From the NCBI GenBank assembly GCA_035402805.1, contig DAONDY010000001.1, forward strand, positions 177,548 through 241,547: a stretch of DNA of 64,000 nucleotides, given 5' to 3'. This DNA comes from Candidatus Woesebacteria bacterium (GTDB taxonomy: Bacteria > Patescibacteriota > Microgenomatia > UBA12405). Positions 1 through 9,881 of the stretch are shown one piece after another; the first letter of the stretch is position 1, and the number at the start of each line of letters is the position of its first letter. The notes below the pieces were generated by a model. That model searched no databases and had not been told where the DNA came from. It was given only the letters and a program-made list of their open reading frames with translations. Made by a program: the position numbers and the translations under genes.

Positions 1-246
1 CAATTTGAATATAATTTAGTCAGAAAATTATTCCGTCTTGAACCAGTTGCTGATCCAAATTTAATTCCCAAAAATGTTACTGAGGGTAGGGGAGATTCAA
101 TGGATGAAAACCAAAGTGCCGAGTCTGTCGAAGTACCGCCAAAACAAGTTACTGTCCATAATGATCAGATAGTCGGTCGCAACGATCTCTGTCCTTGCGG
201 TTCTGGTAAAAAATATAAAAAATGTTGTTATCCTAAATTTGGCTAA
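1..246 (+). CDS. secA: Preprotein translocase SecA, C-terminal fragment; the 5' part lies outside the window
   Basis: The frame is open from the window edge. The translation ends ...[21 protein letters not shown], which is the characteristic SecA C-terminal zinc-finger tail ([13 protein letters not shown]). Confidence 0.8.
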   Translation, partial: QFEYNLVRKLFRLEPVADPNLIPKNVTEGRGDSMDENQSAESVEVPPKQVTVHNDQIVGRNDLCPCGSGKKYKKCCYPKFG

Positions 247-248
247 AT

Positions 249-1265
249 ATGTTTAATAAACTAATTTCTAAAAAAATTTGGCGAGAAATCAAAAAATCCC
301 AAAATATATTATTAACTTTTCATCCTAGTCCTGATGCCGATTCGGTTGGTAGCAATTTAGCTTTATACCAAGTTCTCTCTAAAATGGGTAAAAATGTTAC
401 TATTTTAGCCGGTGATTCAGAATACCCCAAAAATTTAAAGTCTCTTCCTGGTAGTAATAAAGTTTTATCAAAGAACTTTTTTCAAATCGATCAAAACAAT
501 TATGATTTATTTATTATTGTCGATATTTCGGACAAAAAACAAATTTCAAGACAGGGCAATGTGGTTATTTCCAAAAAATTAAAAACTATCATTATTGATC
601 ATCATCCCACTAATTCAAAATTTGCCAATATTAATTTAGTTGACGACAAAGCTCCGGCCGCTTGCCAGGTACTCTACAATATTTTTAAAACCAATAAAGT
701 TAAAATAACTAAAAATATCGCCGCTTGTCTCTTTATTGGTTTATATGCCGACACTGGTGGTTTCAAATATTTTAATACCAACTATAAAACTTATTTAATT
801 GCCTCAGAATTAACCAAAATTTATCCAAATTTCAATAAATTAATTTTCGATTTAGAAAACAGTGACCAGCCAGATCGTCTTAAGTTTTTATCACTTATTC
901 TCGGATCAATCGACACTTTTCTTTCAGAAAAAGTTGCCATAGCTTCAATAGATTTTGAAACCATTAAAAATAATAATATTAGCAACGATGTTATTAATGG
1001 TTCAGATATTGCTAATACTATTAAATCAGTTGTTGGTTGGGAAATAGGAATTAGTCTGATTGAAGTCCAACCTAATTTAATTAAAGTTAGTTTTAGAACT
1101 AGAGACCCTGAAAAATATAATCTTACTAAGATATCAGTTGCTCTTGGCGGTGGTGGCCATCAATCAGCTGCTGGCGCGACATTAAACAATATGTCTCTAA
1201 CCCAAGCCAAAGAGTTAATTGTTGCCAAAATTTGCCAAGTCTATCCTAAAATTGGTAACATATAA
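249..1265 (+). CDS. nrnA: DHH/DHHA1-family phosphoesterase (NrnA-like nanoRNase/pAp phosphatase)
   Basis: 338-aa ORF with a DHH motif (IIDHHPT) and a C-terminal DHHA1 GGGGH motif (ALGGGGHQSAAGA). The start follows directly after the secA stop. Confidence 0.75.
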   Translation: MFNKLISKKIWREIKKSQNILLTFHPSPDADSVGSNLALYQVLSKMGKNVTILAGDSEYPKNLKSLPGSNKVLSKNFFQIDQNNYDLFIIVDISDKKQISRQGNVVISKKLKTIIIDHHPTNSKFANINLVDDKAPAACQVLYNIFKTNKVKITKNIAACLFIGLYADTGGFKYFNTNYKTYLIASELTKIYPNFNKLIFDLENSDQPDRLKFLSLILGSIDTFLSEKVAIASIDFETIKNNNISNDVINGSDIANTIKSVVGWEIGISLIEVQPNLIKVSFRTRDPEKYNLTKISVALGGGGHQSAAGATLNNMSLTQAKELIVAKICQVYPKIGNI

Positions 1266-1267
1266 AA

Positions 1268-1666
1268 ATGAACGATTGCATTTTTTGTAAAATTGTAAAA
1301 GGAGAAATTCCTTGCCATAAAATTTACGAAGATGATAATTTTTTAGCTTTTTTAGATATTAATCCCGTATCTGTTGGTCACACCCTTTTAATCCCTAAAA
1401 ATCATTATCGCTGGGTTTACGACATCCCCAATTTTGGCGATTTTTTTAATACAGCCCAAAAATTAGCTTTAACAATTAAAAATTCACCCTTAAATCCCGA
1501 ATTTATTAGTTTTTTAACTATGGGTAATGAAGTTCCTCATGCTCATGTTCATATCATTCCTAGATCTCAAAACGATCCTATTCAACCAGTTTTATCTTCC
1601 ATTCCTCATTTAAAATTATCAGAAGAAAAATTTTTAGAAACTAAAGAATTATTAAAATCTAAATAG
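1268..1666 (+). CDS. HIT-family (histidine triad) nucleotide hydrolase/transferase
   Basis: 132 aa. It has the histidine triad HAHVHIIPR and an N-terminal CxxC (CIFCKI) typical of HINT/Ap4A-hydrolase-like proteins. It sits 2 nt after nrnA. Confidence 0.8.
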   Translation: MNDCIFCKIVKGEIPCHKIYEDDNFLAFLDINPVSVGHTLLIPKNHYRWVYDIPNFGDFFNTAQKLALTIKNSPLNPEFISFLTMGNEVPHAHVHIIPRSQNDPIQPVLSSIPHLKLSEEKFLETKELLKSK

Positions 1667-1679
1667 ATTTGATTAAAAT

Positions 1680-3518
1680 TTAACCTTTTCTAGCTGCTCT
1701 TACCCTGTCTACTTTAGTTAATAATTTTTTTCGTAATCTGATATTTTTTGGAGTTACGTCGATAAATTCATCACTGTTAATAAAATCAAGCGATTCTTCA
1801 ATAGAGTATTTTACCGCCGGTGCTAAAACGATATTGTCATCGTTTCCAGCCGAACGGGTATTGGTTAAATGTTTTCCTTTACAAATGTTAATTTCTAGAT
1901 CATCAACAACCGGTCTAAGTCCCGCAATTTGGCCTTCATAAACCGGCTCATTTGGATTAATAAAGGTAATGCCCCGTTTTTGGGCTAAATCCAATCCATA
2001 CGACAACGCCTTACCTGATTCAAAGGCAATCATCACTCCGTTTCTTTCTTTTTTATTTTCTTCTTGTTTTGGCTCATATCCTAAAAATAGGGTGTTTATT
2101 GACACCATACCTTTAGTTTCCGTCATTAAAATACTTCTTAATCCTAAAGCATTTCTTTCACTAATTTTATAAATCATTTTTGTCCCCATTCTTTCGTCAG
2201 TTTGCATATCCAACATTTCACCTTTTCTTTTCCCTAATTCTGAAGTAATTGCTCCCACATACTCATCTGGAGAAATTATTGTTAATTCATTAAAAGGTTC
2301 ACAAATTTTTCCATCAATTGTTTTAAAAATAACTTCCGGTTTACCAACTTCCATGGCATAGCCCTCACGTCTTAATTTTTCAATTAAAATTGCCAAATGC
2401 ATTTCGCCCCGCCCCGATACTAAAACTCTAATAGCATCAGTTGGGTCGTCTTCAATTCTTAATCCTAAATTAGTTTCTACCTCTTCCCTTAATCTTTCTT
2501 TAAGTTCTCGGCTAGTTAAAAATTTTGATTCGTCTCTGGCAAACATAGCTGTATTTGGTCCAAAACTAGCTTTCAAGGTTGGTTCTGCTACTTCAATAGT
2601 TGGTAGTGCTACCTGATAATTTGGTGAAGTTAAAGTTTGTCCGATTTCTATCTCAGATATTCCCGAAATATAGACTATTTCACCACTACTGGCTTCCTGA
2701 ATTTCAACCTTATTAATTCCTTCATTTACATACATTTTTTCCACTTTAAAATTTCCGATTACTTTTTGATCAGACTTAACTAAAGAAATAAAATCTCCTT
2801 TTTTAACCATACCTTGACTAATTCTTCCTAAAGCTAATCTTCCTAAATATTCATTTTTTTCAAAAGCCGAGACTAACATTTGAAATGGTTTATTTTCATC
2901 TTTTTCTGCATTTGGAATACTTTTTAAAATTGTTTCAAAAAGGGGAGTCATATTACCAGGTGCATCCATTGATTCAGGCATTTCTAAAAATGTCTTTCCT
3001 TCTCTTCCAATAGCATAAATAATTGGGAAATCTAAAAGTTCCGGGTCATCGGCTAAAGATAAAAATAAATTTTCTGTGTCAGAGACTACTTCTTTAACTC
3101 GTTGGTCTTTTCTATCTATTTTATTAATCACTAAAATTACTTTAAGTTTATAATCTAAAGCTCTTTTTAAAACGAATTTTGTTTGTGATAATGGGCCTTC
3201 AGCTGCGTCTACAATTAATAAAACACCATCGGCCATATTCAAGACTCTTTCAACTTCACCGCCAAAATCAGCATGTCCTGGAGTATCAATAACATTAATT
3301 TTTGTATTTTTATAAAAAACGGAAGTATTTTTAGATAAAATTGTTATCCCTTTTTCTCTTTCCAGATCATTACTGTCCATAATTCGGTCAATATTCATTT
3401 CGGCCTGATTATCTCGGAAAGAATGTGTTTGTTTGAGCATCGCATCCACTAAAGTAGTCTTACCATGGTCAACATGGGCGATTACGGCAATGTTTCTAAT
3501 ATCTGTAAATTTGGGCAT
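1680..3518 (-). CDS. typA: Translational GTPase TypA/BipA
   Basis: 612 aa with a G1 motif [12 protein letters not shown] and DTPGHADF. The EF-G-like domain architecture and length are typical of BipA. Confidence 0.9.
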   Translation of the reverse strand: MPKFTDIRNIAVIAHVDHGKTTLVDAMLKQTHSFRDNQAEMNIDRIMDSNDLEREKGITILSKNTSVFYKNTKINVIDTPGHADFGGEVERVLNMADGVLLIVDAAEGPLSQTKFVLKRALDYKLKVILVINKIDRKDQRVKEVVSDTENLFLSLADDPELLDFPIIYAIGREGKTFLEMPESMDAPGNMTPLFETILKSIPNAEKDENKPFQMLVSAFEKNEYLGRLALGRISQGMVKKGDFISLVKSDQKVIGNFKVEKMYVNEGINKVEIQEASSGEIVYISGISEIEIGQTLTSPNYQVALPTIEVAEPTLKASFGPNTAMFARDESKFLTSRELKERLREEVETNLGLRIEDDPTDAIRVLVSGRGEMHLAILIEKLRREGYAMEVGKPEVIFKTIDGKICEPFNELTIISPDEYVGAITSELGKRKGEMLDMQTDERMGTKMIYKISERNALGLRSILMTETKGMVSINTLFLGYEPKQEENKKERNGVMIAFESGKALSYGLDLAQKRGITFINPNEPVYEGQIAGLRPVVDDLEINICKGKHLTNTRSAGNDDNIVLAPAVKYSIEESLDFINSDEFIDVTPKNIRLRKKLLTKVDRVRAARKG

Positions 3519-3569
3519 CCTTGCATTGTACTATAATATCTAAAATATGCAATAAATTAGGTTAATTTA

Positions 3570-4328
3570 ATGATATTGATTATAATAGAATTTATGAATC
3601 TTTTTGTCAAAAAAATTATTCCATTTTCTCTGATTTTATTAATTATTATTCTCTCTCTGTTTTTATTTTTTCCTAAAAAAATTTCTTTAGAAGAAATTCA
3701 AGAAACCATTCTTCCCAAACCAACCAAAATATTAGAGTCAGGCCTACCCAATAAACATTTAATCAAAACTGTTTTTGTTCCTCAATCTCCAGAAAAAAAC
3801 TGGGATCAACCTTGGCAGGACGCTTGCGAAGAAGCCTCACTTCTTACAGTTGATTTTTACTATAAAAACAAATCAGCCGACTCAAGTCATATTAAGGAAA
3901 ATATTTTAAACATGCTCTCTTTTGAGGAAACAAAAAATTACACCCACGACATGAATATTTCCGAGATGGCTATAGTTGGAGAAGAATATCTTGGTTACAG
4001 ATCAGAAATTATTGATAACCCCACTATTGATCAAATTAAAAAATATCTTATTCAAAATATTCCGGTTATTGTTACTGCCAATGGTAAAACTTTATACGCC
4101 GAGAATAAACACTTTAATTCAGGTGGCCCTTACTACCACAGTTTGGTAATCTTAGGTTTTGACGATGATAAAAATCAATTTACAGTTCATGATGTTGGTA
4201 CTCAATTTGGTGCCTATTTTCATTATTCATATCCACTTTTAATGGAAAGTATCCATGATTTTCCCGCCTCAGGTCATAAAGAAGAGATTAATAGTGGTGA
4301 AAAAAGAGTTTTAGTTTTGCTAAAATAG
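3570..4328 (+). CDS. Membrane-anchored peptidase-C39-like (papain-fold) domain protein
   Basis: It has an N-terminal TM helix. The Gln/Cys pair (QPWQDACEEASLL) and the downstream His/Asp (YYHSLVILGFDDD...HDVG) are spaced as in C39-like cysteine peptidase domains. An alternative start is at 3594. Confidence 0.45.
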   Translation: MILIIIEFMNLFVKKIIPFSLILLIIILSLFLFFPKKISLEEIQETILPKPTKILESGLPNKHLIKTVFVPQSPEKNWDQPWQDACEEASLLTVDFYYKNKSADSSHIKENILNMLSFEETKNYTHDMNISEMAIVGEEYLGYRSEIIDNPTIDQIKKYLIQNIPVIVTANGKTLYAENKHFNSGGPYYHSLVILGFDDDKNQFTVHDVGTQFGAYFHYSYPLLMESIHDFPASGHKEEINSGEKRVLVLLK

Positions 4329-4333
4329 CTATT

Positions 4334-4933
4334 ATGAATTTAAAAACCAAAATTCAATTTATTAGTTTAATTATTATTTCTTCTGTTTTATTTTCTGCTT
4401 GCACCAATAAAGCTTCAGAAACCAATTTAGATTTAAATATGAACCAAGATATTTCTCCAACTCAATCTGTTACTCCCACTATTACTAACATTCCTAGTAA
4501 TGATGTTCTTGTTGCTATAAAAACTAAAGATGGTGAAATAGTTTTAAAACTTTATTCCAAAGAAGCTCCTAATACTGTGGCTAATTTTATTAAAAAAGCT
4601 GATTCTGGATTTTATAAAAATTTAACCTTTCATCGAGTTATTGCCGGTTTTATGGCTCAAGGTGGCGATCCAATCGGTACGGGCACTGGTGGTGGTCAAA
4701 TTAAATCAGAAATAAATACCATTCCTTTTGTTCGCGGAACTATTGGTTTAGCTCGTGGTGGTAATCGAGAAATTAGTAACGACAGCCAATTTTTTATTTG
4801 TTTTAGTACTCAAGGTTGTCAGCACCTAACCGGTGATTATGTAAATTTTGGTGAAGTTGTTTCGGGTTTAGATGTTTTAGATAAAATCTCCCAGGGCGAC
4901 AAAATTATAGACATTACCACTAAAACAAAATGA
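4334..4933 (+). CDS. ppiB: Peptidyl-prolyl cis-trans isomerase, cyclophilin type, lipoprotein
   Basis: Cyclophilin signature FHRVIAGFMAQGGDP...GTGGGG. Signal peptide with a lipobox-like LFSAC. The stop codon is TGA. Confidence 0.85.
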   Translation: MNLKTKIQFISLIIISSVLFSACTNKASETNLDLNMNQDISPTQSVTPTITNIPSNDVLVAIKTKDGEIVLKLYSKEAPNTVANFIKKADSGFYKNLTFHRVIAGFMAQGGDPIGTGTGGGQIKSEINTIPFVRGTIGLARGGNREISNDSQFFICFSTQGCQHLTGDYVNFGEVVSGLDVLDKISQGDKIIDITTKTK

Positions 4934-5319
4934 TCAAAAAAATTATTACAGTTTTAATTGTTTTTGCTATTATTTTTGGGTTTTATAAAATAACTTCCCA
5001 AAAACCGGCTTCAATTACATCTACTCCAACTCCAGACGCAAGTTTAGTTTTATTTTTTGGCGACACTTGTCCTCACTGTAAAGATGTTGAAGAATTTATA
5101 TCTCAAAATAAAATTGAAGAAAAAATAAAGATAAACAAATTTGAAGTTTATAGTAATAAAACCAATGCCAATTTAATGTCTCAAATGGTTAAAGATAATT
5201 GTCCTGATAACTTAAACTCAGAGGGTTTACCGGTTCCGTTTTTAATCAATACTGAAACAAAAAGTTGTTTTATAGGTACCCCTGATATAACTAATCACCT
5301 AACAGAAAAGGCAAAATAA
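4930..5319 (+). CDS. Membrane-anchored thioredoxin-fold protein with a CPHC active site (thiol-disulfide oxidoreductase-like)
   Basis: N-terminal TM helix followed by a CPHC motif (FFGDTCPHCKD). Small size, and its start overlaps the cyclophilin stop. Confidence 0.6.
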   Translation: MIKKIITVLIVFAIIFGFYKITSQKPASITSTPTPDASLVLFFGDTCPHCKDVEEFISQNKIEEKIKINKFEVYSNKTNANLMSQMVKDNCPDNLNSEGLPVPFLINTETKSCFIGTPDITNHLTEKAK

Positions 5320-5342
5320 GCCTTTAATGGTAAAATTATATT

Positions 5343-5750
5343 GTGTCCAGTGGCTTAAAAAAGAAACACGTCAAATTTACTTTTCGGTCAATAATTAGAT
5401 TGATTATATTTGGTGTCGTCATTTTTTTTGTGATTTCTTATATCTCGGGCCAAAAACTAAATTCTTCTCTCAATATCGATCCAACTATTTCTATCGATGA
5501 AAAACAAAGTAGTTTTATTCTCGGAAAAACAACTGAAATTGGAAATAATATTTATCAATTAATTCCACCTAAAAGTCGTCAACAACTAGAGAATTTAAAT
5601 CAAAGCCCAGCTATAATTTTTATTCAACAAAAAATAAATTTAATCAAAGATCAAACTCAAGGTTTTCCTCAAAAACAAATCAAAGAAATCCAAAAAATGA
5701 TCATTAATAGTGTTTACGAAAACACTATCAAAAATATCGATTCCCAATAA
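5343..5750 (+). CDS. Hypothetical membrane-anchored protein
   Basis: 135-aa ORF with a GTG start, one N-terminal TM helix and a Q/N-rich extracytoplasmic part. There is no recognisable motif. Confidence 0.4.
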   Translation: MSSGLKKKHVKFTFRSIIRLIIFGVVIFFVISYISGQKLNSSLNIDPTISIDEKQSSFILGKTTEIGNNIYQLIPPKSRQQLENLNQSPAIIFIQQKINLIKDQTQGFPQKQIKEIQKMIINSVYENTIKNIDSQ

Positions 5751-5756
5751 TAAATT

Positions 5757-6830
5757 ATGTCTAACCTATCAGAATTAAAATCGAAACTAATTATTTTAAA
5801 GGACAAATTATCCTATAAAGACAATTTAGAAAAATTAAACGATTTAAAAATAAAAGCAGAAAACGAAAATTTTTGGAAAGATCAAATTAAGGCTCAAGAA
5901 ATTTTACAAGCTATTTCCGATCTTCAAAAAAACATTCAGAATATTGATTCAATCGAATCGGATATTAAGAATCTTGAAGAGTTTGAGACATTTTTAAAAA
6001 ATGAACCAGATGTCACCCTAGAAGAAGAAATGGTACTTCACCTCAAAGATTTGAATAAAAAAATTTCTCTTTTAGAACTTCAGACCTATCTTTCCGGTAA
6101 ATATGATAAAAATAATGCCATTTTTTCAATTCATTCAGGGCAGGGGGGTACTGAAGCCATGGATTGGGCCGCTATCTTACAACGTATGTATATGAAATTT
6201 TTTGAAAAAAAAGGTTGGAAATTTGATGTAATTGATATCACTCCAGGTGAAGAAGCTGGCATAAAATCAGTCTATTTTAAAATCTATGGAAATTATGTTT
6301 ATGGCTATCTTAAGCACGAGGGCGGCACTCATCGTCTGGTTCGTCTTTCTCCTTTTAATGCTGACCAACTTCGCCAAACTTCTTTTGCTAAAGTTGAAGT
6401 TAGTCCAGTTATTCAAAACGATGATACTGTCATCATTAAACCTGAAGATATTGAATTTTCCGCATTTAGATCTGGTGGCCATGGAGGTCAAAATGTCAAT
6501 AAAGTTTCTACTGCTGTTCGCATAGTCCATAAACCAACTGGAATTTCAGTTAGTTCTCAAAGCCAACGATCTCAAGAACAAAATCGTAATATGGCCATGG
6601 AAGTTTTATTGTCTAAACTTTGGGCTATTGAACAAGAAAAACAAAATCAAGAAGAAAAAGATATTAAAGGCGAAAATGTAATTGCTGGTTGGGGACACCA
6701 AATTAGATCTTACGTTCTCCATCCTTACAAAATGGTCAAAGATTTACGTACTAGGTATGAAACTTCCGATACTACCGCCGTTCTAGACGGTGATCTTGAC
6801 GCTTTTATTGAAGCCGAGTTAAAATTATAA
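5757..6830 (+). CDS. prfB: Peptide chain release factor 2
   Basis: SPF tripeptide (RLSPFNA) specific to RF2, plus the GGQ motif ([13 protein letters not shown]). It is a single uninterrupted 357-aa ORF with no programmed +1 frameshift site. Confidence 0.9.
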   Translation: MSNLSELKSKLIILKDKLSYKDNLEKLNDLKIKAENENFWKDQIKAQEILQAISDLQKNIQNIDSIESDIKNLEEFETFLKNEPDVTLEEEMVLHLKDLNKKISLLELQTYLSGKYDKNNAIFSIHSGQGGTEAMDWAAILQRMYMKFFEKKGWKFDVIDITPGEEAGIKSVYFKIYGNYVYGYLKHEGGTHRLVRLSPFNADQLRQTSFAKVEVSPVIQNDDTVIIKPEDIEFSAFRSGGHGGQNVNKVSTAVRIVHKPTGISVSSQSQRSQEQNRNMAMEVLLSKLWAIEQEKQNQEEKDIKGENVIAGWGHQIRSYVLHPYKMVKDLRTRYETSDTTAVLDGDLDAFIEAELKL

Positions 6831-6832
6831 AC

Positions 6833-7882
6833 ATGACTCCCCTTCAAATCTTAATTAAGAGCCTCAAGATATTTTTGGTCTTCATCTTTGGATCATTTTT
6901 TTTGTTTTTATTTTTAATTGTTTTAACTTCCAGCCTAATTTCTCGATCTGCTAATAAGTCTCCAAGCTATTTAATCGAAACATTTTTTAACTCGATTAAA
7001 AATAATCCTTATCAATCAAAAGACAAAATTAATTTTTTAATTTTAGGATTAGATGAACGTAATGATGCTCTGGAAAAAACTTCTACCACCGATACTATAA
7101 TTTTTGCGTCTTTAAATCTTAAAACTTTTAAATTAAATATGGTTTCGACTCCAAGAGATCTTTGGTTTTATGAAAAAGAAGTCAAAATAAATGGTCTTTA
7201 TCCGTTAGCTCTAGAGTCTGGTCAAAATAAATTTGATTTTTTAAAATCAAATTTTGAAAAACTTTATGATCAATCGATTGACCATGTAGTTATCCTTACT
7301 ACCGACAATTTAATCTCTTTTGTTAATCTTATTGGCGGAGTTGATCTTTATTTAGAAAAGGGTTTTACCGATAATCAGTATCCTAACCCAGAATATATTA
7401 AAAATCCTTCTAAAGATATTCCTATTTATAAAACTATTTCATTTCCATCAGGCCAAATTTATTTAGATGAATCCAATGTTACCGAGTTTGTTCGTTCCCG
7501 AAAAAGTGCTGAAACTAGTATTGAAGGTGGTACCGATATCGGTCGAATTGAACGCCAACAACTTTTAATTGAAGCCATTTTAAATAAAATAAAATCAGGA
7601 GAATTAATAAAAGAAAAAAACCAACTTAAAAATTTATATTTCTTTTGGGATAAAGAAATATCTAAGACTCTTTCTGATATTGATGCTTTACAAATGGTCT
7701 TAGCCATAAACGAAAACATTTCTAAAATTTCTCTTAACAAAATTGAAATACCAGTTGGTCAAAACTCCAAAACAGGTATAATTTACCATCCTCTCAAAAA
7801 TATCAATAAACAATGGGTATTTGTTACCAGCGATGATAAATATCAGGCTTTCCAAAAATTTATTTCTGATCAAATTAAATAA
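6833..7882 (+). CDS. LytR-CpsA-Psr (LCP) family cell-envelope polymer transferase
   Basis: N-terminal TM helix. The LCP core is FLILGLDERNDA...TDTIIFASLN...VSTPRDLW. Confidence 0.7.
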   Translation: MTPLQILIKSLKIFLVFIFGSFFLFLFLIVLTSSLISRSANKSPSYLIETFFNSIKNNPYQSKDKINFLILGLDERNDALEKTSTTDTIIFASLNLKTFKLNMVSTPRDLWFYEKEVKINGLYPLALESGQNKFDFLKSNFEKLYDQSIDHVVILTTDNLISFVNLIGGVDLYLEKGFTDNQYPNPEYIKNPSKDIPIYKTISFPSGQIYLDESNVTEFVRSRKSAETSIEGGTDIGRIERQQLLIEAILNKIKSGELIKEKNQLKNLYFFWDKEISKTLSDIDALQMVLAINENISKISLNKIEIPVGQNSKTGIIYHPLKNINKQWVFVTSDDKYQAFQKFISDQIK

Positions 7883-7887
7883 AATAT

Positions 7888-8352
7888 ATGAAGAATAAAT
7901 TATATAAATTTACATTGATTTATATAATTATATTTTATGTTTTAGCAACTATAGGTTTTGTCTTAATTAAAAACTACTATAAAAATAATTACAGTCAGGA
8001 AAAACTAGATATTTTATTAAATTCGAAATCTATCTGGGATAATTTAAGTGATAATCCTTGTAATGCCCAAATTTTTAGCAATCCAGTGTCTAACAAAGAA
8101 GGATCGATACAAATAAATCTTTACTGTTCTTCAGGTCAAAAAAGTTTAAATACTTTATCTTTAATCGCTTTAAAAGATAATAAAACATTAAAAAATGCTA
8201 TTCAGGAAATTGGTAAAATAAATGCTTTTAACCCAAAACAAATTTTTGAACTAAATAATAAATGGAATTGTCTTTTAAATAAAAATAAAATTTCTGATTT
8301 TAATATTTCTATTAGTAACGGGAATATTATAAATTGTTATCAAAATAAATGA
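7888..8352 (+). CDS. Hypothetical Cys-containing secreted/membrane-anchored protein
   Basis: 154 aa with an N-terminal TM helix and several Cys in the extracytoplasmic part. No motif recognised. Confidence 0.4.
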   Translation: MKNKLYKFTLIYIIIFYVLATIGFVLIKNYYKNNYSQEKLDILLNSKSIWDNLSDNPCNAQIFSNPVSNKEGSIQINLYCSSGQKSLNTLSLIALKDNKTLKNAIQEIGKINAFNPKQIFELNNKWNCLLNKNKISDFNISISNGNIINCYQNK

Positions 8353-9776
8353 TTAAATATCTAAAAATTTTATTTAAAACATTTTTTGTCATTTTAATTT
8401 TAATTATTTCCTTTAAATTAAGATACAAAAATTATGATCAAATTCCTGTTGTTGGGCAATCAGTTGATGAATACAGTAATTCTTGGGTTGGGTTGTCTTT
8501 AATAAAAATAGGTTACCCTGTCGGTATAACCAATATGAAAGGTTATAAAGCCGATGATTACCGATATGTTAACGTGGATCATATTTATCAAAAAGTTGAG
8601 GGAACTCCTTTTAATATGGGTAAACCATGGTTCGATCATCCTCCTCTTATTGGTTTATTAACTGGATCTTACGCCCATTTAAAAGGTGCTCAAGTTTTTG
8701 AGGATGTTCACTTGTTTTTGATTAGAAAACCAATGCTATATTTAGGAACTTTTTCTGTGTTATTGATTTTTTTAATCGGTTTAATAAATTTTAATTATTT
8801 TACCGGTCTAATTGCTGCCACTATCTACGGAACGACTCCTTTTGTAGTTTTTGCCAGTCGTATGGCTCAATCTGAAAATGGAGTAATTCCTATGTTTCTC
8901 TTGTCTTTATTGTTTTATTCTTTATTCAAAAAAAATAAACATTATTTTTATCTCTTTTTAAGTGCCATTTTTGCTGGATTATCAACTTTATTTAAAATAC
9001 CTGGAGTAGTTTCCATACTTTCAATTATATTTTTGATTTATTCTGATAATAAAAAACAACTTAAAAATCAACCAGCCAAGATTGAAGAAATAGTTTTTTT
9101 TAGCGCCATTGCTTTTTCAATAACCAGTTTATTCGCAATTTATGGTCTTGTTTACGATTGGACAACTTTTAAAAACATTTTTAATACTAATGCCAATCGA
9201 TACTATGGCATCGGACCTTATGCTGTTTTTCATTTATTAACTAAAAATAATATTACTAATGTTAAAAGTATGACCGATGCTTGGGTCATAACGTCTTGGA
9301 TATCGTTTTTTATTTTAATGTTTAGAAAAAAAAATAATTTTGGCGAAAAACTGATAACTGTTTCGACCTTAAGTTATTTAGCTATTTATCTTATTCTTGG
9401 CAGCGATCCATTCGGCTGGTATACCTTTCCTTTTTTACCATTTTTATCAATTGCTCTGGCTCGTGTTTTATATTTAGGTTTTAATAAAGCCAAATATATG
9501 ATTACCAATTTTATATTATTGCTAATCCCTCTCGGATTTAATCTCAGTCATTTTATAGATATTCCTTCGTTCCAAAAATACTCCAATATTTGGCGTTTTT
9601 CCATTGGTTTTTTCATTATTCTATTAATTTTCTTAAAATTAAGAAAATTTAGCCATCCTAAATTTATTAGCCTATTTATTAAACTAATACTTATTTTAAC
9701 CTTTGCTGTGGCTATTTATTTGAATATTAAATATGTTTTTTCAATTGACATTAGTAAATGGTACGGAATAACTTAA
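8349..9776 (+). CDS. Polytopic GT-C-type membrane glycosyltransferase (PMT/ArnT-like), paralog family D
   Basis: 475 aa with about 11 predicted TM helices. The acidic first-loop region is VDEYSNSWVGLS...KPWFDHPPL. It is a paralog of 32263..33756 (ELLYSWSGINLI...KPWLDEPPL). Confidence 0.6.
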   Translation: MIKYLKILFKTFFVILILIISFKLRYKNYDQIPVVGQSVDEYSNSWVGLSLIKIGYPVGITNMKGYKADDYRYVNVDHIYQKVEGTPFNMGKPWFDHPPLIGLLTGSYAHLKGAQVFEDVHLFLIRKPMLYLGTFSVLLIFLIGLINFNYFTGLIAATIYGTTPFVVFASRMAQSENGVIPMFLLSLLFYSLFKKNKHYFYLFLSAIFAGLSTLFKIPGVVSILSIIFLIYSDNKKQLKNQPAKIEEIVFFSAIAFSITSLFAIYGLVYDWTTFKNIFNTNANRYYGIGPYAVFHLLTKNNITNVKSMTDAWVITSWISFFILMFRKKNNFGEKLITVSTLSYLAIYLILGSDPFGWYTFPFLPFLSIALARVLYLGFNKAKYMITNFILLLIPLGFNLSHFIDIPSFQKYSNIWRFSIGFFIILLIFLKLRKFSHPKFISLFIKLILILTFAVAIYLNIKYVFSIDISKWYGIT

Positions 9777-9780
9777 GATT

Positions 9781-9815
9781 ATTCCTTTTAAATTAAAGGA
9801 ATTTCAGTTTTTTTG
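9781..9815 (+). terminator. Putative intrinsic terminator after 8349..9776
   Basis: Hairpin ATTCCTTT-TAAATT-AAAGGAAT followed by TTCAGTTTTTTT, 5 nt after the stop codon. Confidence 0.45.
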
Positions 9816-9881
9816 CTATACTGAATTATTACTATTTTTGTTAGAAATTAGAAATTAAAAATTTAATTAAAAATAAATAAT

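Noticed and set aside
1969-2172. Short ORFs on the opposite strand or in an alternative frame inside long genes. Examples are 1969-2172, 6267-6530, 6286-6525, 7459-7740, 14075-14371, 14136-14345, 18212-18565, 20321-20503, 26267-26473, 32754-32966, 45421-45603, 47244-47447, 55072-55427, 58918-59166, 61197-61439 and 62718-63047.
   Set aside because: All are fully embedded in much longer ORFs with clear protein-family signatures. They have low-complexity AT-driven translations and no RBS or motif support. They are typical spurious ORFs in an AT-rich genome.
3519-3569. Divergent promoter between typA and 3570, TTGCAT...TATAAT
   Set aside because: The hexamers are separated by only 5 nt, and I found no properly spaced alternative.
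5757-5900. Programmed +1 frameshift site in prfB
   Set aside because: The RF2 ORF is continuous from its ATG at 5757, with no in-frame TGA near the 5' end.
9816-9881. Promoter/operator upstream of 9882. The TTGCTA/TATACT pair overlaps itself, there is a TTTAATTAAA palindrome, and tagaaat is directly repeated.
   Set aside because: The -35 and -10-like hexamers are immediately adjacent (5-nt spacing), and the palindromes are trivial in 20% GC sequence. This is not enough support to call a regulatory site.
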